Shown: positions 56,602 through 64,000 of the stretch, one piece after another | Layout: each line of letters begins with the position of its first letter | Numbering within the stretch: the first letter of the stretch is position 1 | DNA from: an uncultured bacterium | GTDB taxonomy: Bacteria > Patescibacteriota > Minisyncoccia > UBA6257 > 2-01-FULL-56-20 | Direction: 5' to 3' | Length of the DNA stretch: 64,000 bases | Assembly (NCBI GenBank): GCA_963707865.1 | Contig: OY970175.1 | Span: forward strand, 489,493 to 553,492 | Made by a program: the position numbers and the translations under genes | Notes under the pieces: model-generated | The model's database searches: none | What the model was told of the DNA's origin: nothing | Seen by the model: the letters and a program-made list of their open reading frames with translations, nothing else

Positions 56602-56629
56602 GGTCCCCACGTCCTCCAGCCGCCAGAGC
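56602..56629 (+). repeat. 28-bp repeat, copy R16 (degenerate)
   Basis: ggtccccacgtcctccagccgccagagc. Confidence 0.65.
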
Positions 56630-56742
56630 CCTGAATTTTAGGTTTGAGTCCGCTCTATTCTATAACCCACGCAAAACCTTACTTAGAATCGAAGAGTGCC
56701 TTGGGGTTGCACACATGAATTCAAATTTGATAGAATGAAGGC

Positions 56743-57108
56743 GTGGTAAACTCACATCATCACGACGGAGTAGAGCATGGCGCGCAGGCCGAACATAAAG
56801 GAAAGAATTCGATAGCGATATTCGCTTATCTCTGGATTCTCATTATTATCCCCTTCCTTACGGGCGTAAAAAATGATCCGTTCGTTAAATATCACCTGAA
56901 ACAAGGCCTTGCGCTGATCGTTTTTGACGTCATTGGCTGGCTGGTCGTTGTGCTGATCGGTTGGTTTCCGATTATCGGATGGCTGATTGTGTGGCTGTTC
57001 TGGATCACTTCTCTCGTCCTCACCATAATCGGCATCATGAACGTCCTGAACGGTGAGGAGAAAGAATTGCCATTGATCGGCCACTACGCAAAAAATTTCA
57101 ATTTCTAA
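56743..57108 (+). CDS. DUF4870-family membrane protein
   Basis: DPFVKYHLKQGLALIVF... with TM helices. Confidence 0.5.
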   Translation: MVNSHHHDGVEHGAQAEHKGKNSIAIFAYLWILIIIPFLTGVKNDPFVKYHLKQGLALIVFDVIGWLVVVLIGWFPIIGWLIVWLFWITSLVLTIIGIMNVLNGEEKELPLIGHYAKNFNF

Positions 57109-57392
57109 GAAACGATAAAAACCGAAGTCTTAAGTTGTTCTGCTCCAGGCTCTGAGGATAATGATATGAAAAGCAACCACAATCCCAATCGGGTGAGGAA
57201 CCGCACCCGTAGAAAGCGTCGGCTGAAGAGGATAGACCGGCGGTGGAAGAACAGGAAAAGGAGGAAGAAATAGAATAACCGCACTCTCACGCGTTACCCA
57301 TCATCCCTGCTGTCCCGCCATCGACATAAGCTGCCACACCAGATCTTCTTTGGAAAATCGCTCGTAATTTATGGCAATGCTGCCGGGTAATG

Positions 57393-58391
57393 TGCACACA
57401 CATATGGCGGACTCCCGTACAATCGGGGAATGTCGATCCATATGGCTGAGAATATCAAACAAGAGCGGGTGCGGTGGGTGGAACCCATTGTAAAAGGTCG
57501 CACAAGCACCACCGAAGTGATGAAGGTGTTTCCGTATGGGAAGCGGACCTTGGAGCGGTGGCTGCAGGCATACCGGCGTGGCGGTGAATCAGCGCTTGAA
57601 CCGCGTTCCACCCGGCCGAAGACCTCGCCCAAGGAAACACCGATCAGCATCAAGGAAGCAATCATCGCGTTGCGCAAGAAGAGAAAGGTCTGCGCGCTCA
57701 AACTGCATTGGAAGCTCGAAAAGGTGGGCATCCATATCCATGAGCGCACCATCGGAAAAATCTTGAAGACAGAAAGGCTCGTGCGGAAGTATCGTACCAA
57801 AAAGATCACGTACAAATATATCAAAGCCACCTGGAAGCCTGGCGACCTCATGGAGATCGACGTGAAGCATGTGCCGGGAACCGTTGCGGGACGTGCATAT
57901 TTTCAATATACGGCGATCGATTGTGCCTCCCGCTGGCGCTACCTCCGGATTTTCGAGGAAGAGTCCACGCAGAACACCCTCCTCTTTCTTGCGGATGTCA
58001 TCCGGCGATTTGAATATCGGATCACCGGCGTGAAGACGGACAACCATGCGACCTTCACCAACCGGTACACGGGCACGTACAAGCGGGCGGATCTTTCGCC
58101 TGCCCATCAACACGCTTTGGACCGCTTCTGCGCCGAACGCGGCATCGTGCACTACCTCATCGATCCGGGGAAGCCCGCGCAGAACGGCAAGGTCGAACGC
58201 TCGCATGGGTCGGACCAGAGAACGCTCTACCACGAAACAACATTTGCTTCGGCAAAGGATTTGCGCCAAAGGGTACGATGGTGGAATACTGAGTACAACA
58301 ACCTTGAACACTGTGGCCTGAATGGCAAGACGCCGAACGAAGCGCTTGCCGAGTTCAAAACCTAGTCCGCCATATGTGTGTGCCTAAAACA
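57393..58391 (+). mobile_element. IS481-family insertion sequence, copy A
   Basis: Terminal inverted repeats GTGCACACACATATGGCGGACT (left) and AGTCCGCCATATGTGTGTGCC (right). Identical inverted copy at 63100 onward. Confidence 0.75.
57430..58365 (+). CDS. IS481-family DDE transposase
   Basis: 311 aa with HTH and a DDE core (DNHATFTN...NGKVERSH). Identical to the ORF at 63126-63974. Confidence 0.85.
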   Translation: MSIHMAENIKQERVRWVEPIVKGRTSTTEVMKVFPYGKRTLERWLQAYRRGGESALEPRSTRPKTSPKETPISIKEAIIALRKKRKVCALKLHWKLEKVGIHIHERTIGKILKTERLVRKYRTKKITYKYIKATWKPGDLMEIDVKHVPGTVAGRAYFQYTAIDCASRWRYLRIFEEESTQNTLLFLADVIRRFEYRITGVKTDNHATFTNRYTGTYKRADLSPAHQHALDRFCAERGIVHYLIDPGKPAQNGKVERSHGSDQRTLYHETTFASAKDLRQRVRWWNTEYNNLEHCGLNGKTPNEALAEFKT

Positions 58392-58769
58392 GCCGTCACT
58401 CACGTAGGTGATTCTATTTCCGAAAACGATCAAGGTAATCCGTAACTTCTCGAAATTGCTGCGTCCAATCCGCTTGGCCGTTTCCTCAAATGCATCAATA
58501 AGTTTCTGCAACTGACGCTGCTCCTTATCGTTGTCTCGAGAGATGAACCCCGCGAAGTCCACGTTCGGATAGCGGATCACTAACTGCTCAAGGCTTGAGA
58601 TGGTCGGGACTGCACCGTGAGGATTTTGCCCTGTTGCCGACGCGTCGCGAGTCAACATCTTCTTAAGATACTCCATGACAAGCTCTTTCTGGGCGCTGGG
58701 GAGGGAAGAGAGTTTCGCTATAAGTTCCTCAAAATCAATTCCCCCATCTTCATGGTGTGGAGAGTTCAC
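58362..58769 (-). CDS. Hypothetical protein (C-terminal 6 codons and stop supplied by IS terminal repeat)
   Basis: A 135-aa ORF. The last residues HTHMAD plus the stop are encoded within the IS right inverted repeat. Confidence 0.4.
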   Translation of the reverse strand: MNSPHHEDGGIDFEELIAKLSSLPSAQKELVMEYLKKMLTRDASATGQNPHGAVPTISSLEQLVIRYPNVDFAGFISRDNDKEQRQLQKLIDAFEETAKRIGRSNFEKLRITLIVFGNRITYVSDGCFRHTHMAD

Positions 58770-58784
58770 CTTTGTAGTATACTC

Positions 58785-60506
58785 CTATTCCCCGGCGTTC
58801 AGCGCCGCGCGCGTGCTTGGGCCGACATAACCAGCCGGATCAATGCCGTGCGCGGTCTGATACTGTCCAACGGCGGTTTCGGTGAGCGCCCCATAAAACC
58901 CCGTGACCGGGCCGGTATAGAATCCTTTTTGCGTGAGATACTTTTGAAGCGCCGTGACCTCCGCGCCTTGCGATCCTGCACTCAAAAATTTGGTGAAGGT
59001 GTACGCATTTGCGGTGGTAGTGGTGGTGGCAACGGATGTGCCGCTTGTTGTTGTTCCGCTGCTCACGTTTCCGGCGAGCTGGGTGAGCGTCGTTGCCATG
59101 GATTGAATCTGCGTCACAATCTGTGCAAGCTCACTTTGCATGGACTGAATTGCGGCGAGAAGCGCGCTCGCCGACGTATTTTGCGTTGCTGTTGTCGTTT
59201 GGCCCGTCACCATAACGTAGAGCGTGTTACAACTGCCGCCCGAGGCGCATACCACAATTGAGTCCGAACCGACGTTCACACCGTAGAGCGTAATCGTGCT
59301 GCCGTTCACGCTCGCCTGTGCGATATTGGAATTCGCATTTGACGAAACATAATAGCTCGCGCTCCCCGAGAGGGAAACATTCATACTCCCCCCGACGGCG
59401 AGGGTCGGGTTTGTAACGCCAAACGATACCTGACTGGTGTTCGTGGTACCGACGGTAATAGGGAGCGAGCCGCAACCGTTGGAAGCGGAACACACCGTGA
59501 TCGTCGTCGCACCGTTTGTGAGCCCGGAGATCGTGAGGATGCTGCCATTCAGGGACTCCGACGCCACGCTGGGACTTGAATTTCCGGTCATATAGTAGCC
59601 GGACCCGCCGGAAATGGTAATAGGAACGATCTGGCCGACTACAATAGATGGATTGGAACTACTGAAATATAGAGAGCCGTTCGTGGCGGTGCTACCGACA
59701 GTAATGTACAGCGTGCCGCAGTTGCCGGATGTGTCGCATACCGTAACGTTCACGCTGCCGAGAGCCGAAGCGGTTACTGTTATGGTATTCCCGCTTAAGA
59801 CGGCAGAAGCAATGCTCGGGTTGGAATTGCTCGTGACGGAATAGCTGCCGCTCCCTCCGGTCACGACGACCGTCGTGCCCTGCCCAATGGCGAGTGTGAA
59901 ATTATTCTGGCTGAAGGAAAGCACGCTTCCGGTCTGGACGACAACATATAAATTCGCGCAGTTGGAAGCCGTGCCGGTGTAACAGATTGTGGCGTTCGTC
60001 CCGCCGGTTTGGTTCGCAGTAATGGTAATCTGCGTTCCGTTCGTCTGGATAGAGGCAACGGATGGATTAGAATTCGTCGCCATGTATACCGACGCGGAAC
60101 TGCCCTTTGAATACACGGAGGCCGACTGCCCGAGGCCGAGCGTGACGCTCGTTTGATTGAGCGACGGCGTTCCCGTAGGGGCGGGCCATGTCTGCATCGC
60201 GGACTGTTGGCCATTCACGATGACGTACACGGACTGGCCCGCATTGATGCCATAGGAAGACACACTAATGGTCGTTGAAAGATACCCGCTTGCATTCGTC
60301 GTACCGAGCGCCATCGTCTGCATCCCCGAGGCACTTGCAATGTTGTAGTAGAACATTACGCTCGCGTTCGGATCTCCCGAAACGCTCACCTGAACGGAAT
60401 TGCCCCCCGTACTGGAAAGCGAAAGCGTCGGCGTCGCCGCATACGCGCTCGTCGCCGCAAGGAGTGAGAGAACCATCCCGACAATCGCTATTTTGATAAA
60501 TTTCAT
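58785..60506 (-). CDS. Secreted protein with repeated Ig-like (Big) domains and C-terminal peptidoglycan-binding domain (PG_binding_1)
   Basis: Signal peptide MKFIKIAIVGMVLSLLAATSAYA. Several ~90-aa beta-rich repeats. The C-terminus VTALQKYLTQKGFYTGPVTGFYGALTETAVGQYQTAHGIDPAGYVGPSTRAAL is homologous to the C-terminus of the 2748-5192 protein. Confidence 0.65.
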   Translation of the reverse strand: MKFIKIAIVGMVLSLLAATSAYAATPTLSLSSTGGNSVQVSVSGDPNASVMFYYNIASASGMQTMALGTTNASGYLSTTISVSSYGINAGQSVYVIVNGQQSAMQTWPAPTGTPSLNQTSVTLGLGQSASVYSKGSSASVYMATNSNPSVASIQTNGTQITITANQTGGTNATICYTGTASNCANLYVVVQTGSVLSFSQNNFTLAIGQGTTVVVTGGSGSYSVTSNSNPSIASAVLSGNTITVTASALGSVNVTVCDTSGNCGTLYITVGSTATNGSLYFSSSNPSIVVGQIVPITISGGSGYYMTGNSSPSVASESLNGSILTISGLTNGATTITVCSASNGCGSLPITVGTTNTSQVSFGVTNPTLAVGGSMNVSLSGSASYYVSSNANSNIAQASVNGSTITLYGVNVGSDSIVVCASGGSCNTLYVMVTGQTTTATQNTSASALLAAIQSMQSELAQIVTQIQSMATTLTQLAGNVSSGTTTSGTSVATTTTTANAYTFTKFLSAGSQGAEVTALQKYLTQKGFYTGPVTGFYGALTETAVGQYQTAHGIDPAGYVGPSTRAALNAGE

Positions 60507-60790
60507 GGTTATCTATTCATGATACCTCGGGCGCGGACAGTCTGCCAATCGCGGAGTCCCGCCTCGCGATTTCTTCATTGGTCGGTTCCAATATCCTATT
60601 TACGATCCAGAAAGCAATAAGGTTGCGCGCCTGCCATGCCCGCCGCATCGCAGCAAAGCCGGGCGCGGAACCTCGCTTGGCAAAAAGGGTTCTGATATAA
60701 TGATGGAATGAAAAAACGTAGGTGCACTCTCAGGCGGCGCGCAGGAAGGCGTCAGACACAGGGAGTAAATTTTCACAAATAAATTCGCCC

Positions 60791-61180
60791 ATGACCGAAC
60801 AAACCAATCCCAAGTACAACCAATCGGAAGAACCATGGGACCGCACAGAAAAATATCGCAAAGCGGCGGAAAAATTTAAAACCAGTGGTCCGTTCGGGGT
60901 AACCGCCGAAGACCACAAAATCGTCGGCAGCACCCCGCCGCCGGAACTCGTGGAAAACCCCGGAAAGACCTTAGCGGATATCATGAGCGACGCGGAAATT
61001 ATTGAATTTCTCAAAAGAGGACAAGAAGCTCTGAAAGAGATTCGCCGCCATCAAGAAGACAACGCCATCCCGCCGGGAAGTTCTCAAATTGCGGAGAAGA
61101 TGCTAGAACGGACTGTCCATTACCTTGCGGCTATAGGACGCCTGCCGAAAGAATTCGCCAGCCCGGAAAACACGCCCTAG
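60791..61180 (+). CDS. Hypothetical protein
   Basis: Start taken at MTEQTNPKYNQ. About 129 aa. Confidence 0.4.
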   Translation: MTEQTNPKYNQSEEPWDRTEKYRKAAEKFKTSGPFGVTAEDHKIVGSTPPPELVENPGKTLADIMSDAEIIEFLKRGQEALKEIRRHQEDNAIPPGSSQIAEKMLERTVHYLAAIGRLPKEFASPENTP

Positions 61181-61494
61181 TGCAGTTTAATGGCATGACC
61201 CTCCGCGTCAATAATCTCCAATACAATTTGACCGACCTCGCCCGTACGTTGGGTTACCGACCTCTCGGCTATACCGAGAAAGGCGAACTGAACTGTGTCC
61301 GGCCGCTGGGCGCTACCTATCCCCGCTTCCACATCTACCTCACGACCACTCCCGAGATTGTTACCATGAACGTCCATCTTGACCAGAAAAAGGTTTCATA
61401 TGAAGGCACCACGGCGCACAGCGGCGACTATGACAGCGATACGGTGAAAGAAGAAGTGACGCGGATCAAGGAAATCATCTTCCGGATGCACTAG
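61180..61494 (+). CDS. Hypothetical protein (GTG start or ATG at 61195)
   Basis: A 104-aa ORF abutting the previous stop. Confidence 0.35.
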   Translation: MQFNGMTLRVNNLQYNLTDLARTLGYRPLGYTEKGELNCVRPLGATYPRFHIYLTTTPEIVTMNVHLDQKKVSYEGTTAHSGDYDSDTVKEEVTRIKEIIFRMH

Positions 61495-62602
61495 GAGCTG
61501 GCTCGATGCCTTCAAGTATCCTGACGAGCGTTTCTGCGATGGCCGGCGCCACATTGACCTCTTCCACGCGTCCACCCGTGGAACCCTCATATTCGGTTTC
61601 GTTAAACCCCCGCGGCCTCGTGTTGCCAAGCCAAATAGCGTCAAAGGGCTGCGGCTCGTTATGGGGGAACAGTTTCATTTTCCAGCCCGGAGAGCAAACG
61701 GGGTGGGTTGCCGCGAGCCGGACGCTTTTTGCTCCTATTTCGCGTAGTTTGTACGCCGTCATAACAGCGGTTCCGCCGGTATCCACCTCGTCCTCCCGCA
61801 TTATGACGTTCATGCCGCGGAGGTCGTTCATGTCGCAGGTCACGGGGGCATCGGCGCCATATCTCTTGCGAATGGCATCCAAAAAATCCTTACTTTCCAT
61901 CGGTGTAATGCGTCCATTGATTCGCTTCTTCGGCGTCGCGACCACCGCGATACCGAGCTCCTTTGCGAGCGCGATCGCCCGGCCCACCGAACCAAAATCC
62001 GGCGAATAGATCCTCACCTCGTCGGCTCCTCCCAACGTTTCTACGACGCCGCGCAATTTCTCCACAAAAAGTTTTGTAGGATCGCTTATGTAAAGCTCTA
62101 ATCCGAACTCTTTGCAGTATTCTTCGGTGCGAACCACCGAGTGCGGCTCGCAGACGATGAGCTTCGTCGCACCCCAGTGTTTGAGATTGCTTATGAACCA
62201 ACGGAGCCGCGTTATCTCGTGGCCATTCTCCGACCGATCCTGTCGCCGGTAGCGGAGGAATGGCAACACCACCATAACGGAACGTGCTCCATATTGTTTC
62301 TTCGCGCCCGTCACAAGGTCCATAAGCTCGCTCTCAAGCTTAACCGTGACAGGAGAAGAAAAAATGATCACGTGCCGGTCTTTTATCCGTTCAGGATTTT
62401 CGGGGCGGAACCCCGGCTCCCCATCCGGCCAGACATGGTACCACAGATGACCGAACCGGATGCCAAGGCCGGTTGTGGCATTCACGAGCTTCAATATTTC
62501 GTCGTCAAGCTTATGGTGACCCGTGCCTCCGTACACGATGAATTTTTCTCTCGGCGGCATAGAACATATGATAGCAAAAAGCGAGGGTTGTTGCATCGTC
62601 AT
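61475..62602 (-). CDS. Ribose-phosphate pyrophosphokinase (PRPP synthetase)-like protein, divergent
   Basis: PRPP-binding loop IMREDEVDTGGT and a Prs-like N-terminal domain (KFIVYGGTGHHKLDDEI...). Start uncertain (62602 or 62653). Confidence 0.55.
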   Translation of the reverse strand: MTMQQPSLFAIICSMPPREKFIVYGGTGHHKLDDEILKLVNATTGLGIRFGHLWYHVWPDGEPGFRPENPERIKDRHVIIFSSPVTVKLESELMDLVTGAKKQYGARSVMVVLPFLRYRRQDRSENGHEITRLRWFISNLKHWGATKLIVCEPHSVVRTEEYCKEFGLELYISDPTKLFVEKLRGVVETLGGADEVRIYSPDFGSVGRAIALAKELGIAVVATPKKRINGRITPMESKDFLDAIRKRYGADAPVTCDMNDLRGMNVIMREDEVDTGGTAVMTAYKLREIGAKSVRLAATHPVCSPGWKMKLFPHNEPQPFDAIWLGNTRPRGFNETEYEGSTGGRVEEVNVAPAIAETLVRILEGIEPAPSASGR

Positions 62603-63057
62603 GCTAACAACCCTCCACAAAAGCAATCTTCGATAGTGAGCCAGAATGCCCACCTTGATGTCACCTCAACATTCAAGGTAGGCTGTCCCCGGCGGACTTT
62701 TCCCAAACCCACGGAAACAACATACGCATTCATGAGCTCCCCTTTGGCACTGTCCTCATTAAAGAGGACAACGAGTTCCCCAATGGAGAGCTGGCGGCTC
62801 AGCGGAATGTCGGGGAGCCGCACTGCTCCATCTTTTCCCAGGATCCGCCAATGCTTCTGGCGGACCCAAATTTCCTGAGACGCCGACTGCAGCTCTACTG
62901 GTTGTCCGTCAACGGCGCAGAGAGCTCTCTCTTCTTCTGCTGCCGCCTCTTCCCTTTCCCCTTTTTCCGACTCGCTCGGAGAAAGGTCTAAGTCCAGTTC
63001 CTCCAAAAGAAACGTTGGCAAGTCTCTCTCTAAGTCTTCTCTTCTTCTGTTATGCAT
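62599..63057 (-). CDS. Acidic hypothetical protein
   Basis: The ORF-track start at 63117 lies inside the IS terminal repeat. A more likely start is MHNRRREDL at 63057. Confidence 0.35.
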   Translation of the reverse strand: MHNRRREDLERDLPTFLLEELDLDLSPSESEKGEREEAAAEEERALCAVDGQPVELQSASQEIWVRQKHWRILGKDGAVRLPDIPLSRQLSIGELVVLFNEDSAKGELMNAYVVSVGLGKVRRGQPTLNVEVTSRWAFWLTIEDCFCGGLLA

Positions 63058-63099
63058 ATGATATCCTCCTCTCTCCATATGATAGCACGCAAAAGCGGG

Positions 63100-64000
63100 T
63101 GTTTTAGGCACACACATATGGCGGACTAGGTTTTGAACTCGGCAAGCGCTTCGTTCGGCGTCTTGCCATTCAGGCCACAGTGTTCAAGGTTGTTGTACTC
63201 AGTATTCCACCATCGTACCCTTTGGCGCAAATCCTTTGCCGAAGCAAATGTTGTTTCGTGGTAGAGCGTTCTCTGGTCCGACCCATGCGAGCGTTCGACC
63301 TTGCCGTTCTGCGCGGGCTTCCCCGGATCGATGAGGTAGTGCACGATGCCGCGTTCGGCGCAGAAGCGGTCCAAAGCGTGTTGATGGGCAGGCGAAAGAT
63401 CCGCCCGCTTGTACGTGCCCGTGTACCGGTTGGTGAAGGTCGCATGGTTGTCCGTCTTCACGCCGGTGATCCGATATTCAAATCGCCGGATGACATCCGC
63501 AAGAAAGAGGAGGGTGTTCTGCGTGGACTCTTCCTCGAAAATCCGGAGGTAGCGCCAGCGGGAGGCACAATCGATCGCCGTATATTGAAAATATGCACGT
63601 CCCGCAACGGTTCCCGGCACATGCTTCACGTCGATCTCCATGAGGTCGCCAGGCTTCCAGGTGGCTTTGATATATTTGTACGTGATCTTTTTGGTACGAT
63701 ACTTCCGCACGAGCCTTTCTGTCTTCAAGATTTTTCCGATGGTGCGCTCATGGATATGGATGCCCACCTTTTCGAGCTTCCAATGCAGTTTGAGCGCGCA
63801 GACCTTTCTCTTCTTGCGCAACGCGATGATTGCTTCCTTGATGCTGATCGGTGTTTCCTTGGGCGAGGTCTTCGGCCGGGTGGAACGCGGTTCAAGCGCT
63901 GATTCACCGCCACGCCGGTATGCCTGCAGCCACCGCTCCAAGGTCCGCTTCCCATACGGAAACACCTTCATCACTTCGGTGGTGCTTGTGCGACCTTTTA
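63100..64000 (-). mobile_element. IS481-family insertion sequence, copy B (inverted, truncated by window end)
   Basis: Sequence identical to copy A in reverse orientation, including GGCACACACATATGGCGGACT at 63107-63127. Confidence 0.75.
63126..64000 (-). CDS. IS481-family DDE transposase (3-prime complete, N-terminus beyond window)
   Basis: Protein identical to the 57430-58365 transposase. The ORF continues to the window edge. Confidence 0.85.
   Translation of the reverse strand, partial: KGRTSTTEVMKVFPYGKRTLERWLQAYRRGGESALEPRSTRPKTSPKETPISIKEAIIALRKKRKVCALKLHWKLEKVGIHIHERTIGKILKTERLVRKYRTKKITYKYIKATWKPGDLMEIDVKHVPGTVAGRAYFQYTAIDCASRWRYLRIFEEESTQNTLLFLADVIRRFEYRITGVKTDNHATFTNRYTGTYKRADLSPAHQHALDRFCAERGIVHYLIDPGKPAQNGKVERSHGSDQRTLYHETTFASAKDLRQRVRWWNTEYNNLEHCGLNGKTPNEALAEFKT

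Noticed and set aside
34404-56629. The 28-bp direct repeats could be taken for a CRISPR array, since repeat length is CRISPR-like.
   Set aside because: Spacings are 350 bp to 4.7 kb and contain full genes with promoters and terminators. There are no 30-40-bp unique spacers and no cas genes. The sequence is tRNA-3-prime-end-derived.
57176-57283. A 35-codon Arg/Lys-rich + strand ORF (MKSNHNPNRVRNRTRRKRRLKRIDRRWKNRKRRKK) with an RBS-like gaggataatgatATG, just upstream of IS copy A.
   Set aside because: It is too short and too low-complexity to support. It has no recognisable family. It is noted only as a possible small basic peptide.

Overview
This 64-kb window reads like a small-genome, possibly CPR/Patescibacteria-like, bacterial chromosome segment, but the lineage is a guess from gene content only. 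Typical small-genome hallmarks are present: type IV pilin-like genes, lamin-tail-domain proteins, a split transketolase, and an intron-containing tRNA. Two systems stand out.

(1) A complete diversity-generating retroelement (DGR) at 8.7-11.2 kb. It has a target gene whose C-terminal variable repeat (VR) ends in ...SYSFRCAR. It has an Avd accessory gene and a reverse transcriptase with the [ILV]GxxxSQ motif. Its ~155-bp template repeat (TR) differs from VR at 18 positions, and every one of them is an adenine in TR. Unusually, TR lies in inverted orientation relative to avd-RT and VR.

(2) An array of 16 same-orientation copies of a ~28-bp repeat (consensus AGGTTCTCACATCGTCCAGCCGCCGGAGC). It runs from 34.4 to 56.6 kb, with one outlying copy at 19.4 kb. 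The copies partition the region into one- or two-gene cassettes: GalT-like, HExxH peptidase, aspartase/fumarase-family lyase, ECF sigma/anti-sigma pair, proline iminopeptidase, DUF1059 and others. The repeat resembles the 3-prime end of the intron-containing tRNA at 31.4-31.7 kb (GGTTC...CGCCGGAGCAC). Two copies also carry ~30 bp of that tRNA's downstream flank. The first unit after the tRNA is an arsR-trx-arsP-rhodanese island that ends in a degenerate copy of the same site. This looks like an integron-like or serial-integration island anchored at a tRNA. No integrase is visible in the window.

Other content: HepT/MntA toxin-antitoxin, RecG, a Fic protein plus a Fic_N fragment, and a type IV pilin/GT2/signal-peptidase operon. 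There is a pentose-phosphate/glycolysis operon (PfkB kinase, split transketolase with an Rpe-TktN fusion, RpiB, GapA), plus GlgA, GlmS and a DEAD-box helicase. There are three tRNAs: Lys-CTT, Glu-TTC, and one with a ~215-nt group-I-like intron. There are three IS481-family insertions; two identical inverted copies bracket a 4.7-kb segment. All coordinates were read by eye and may be off by a few bases.
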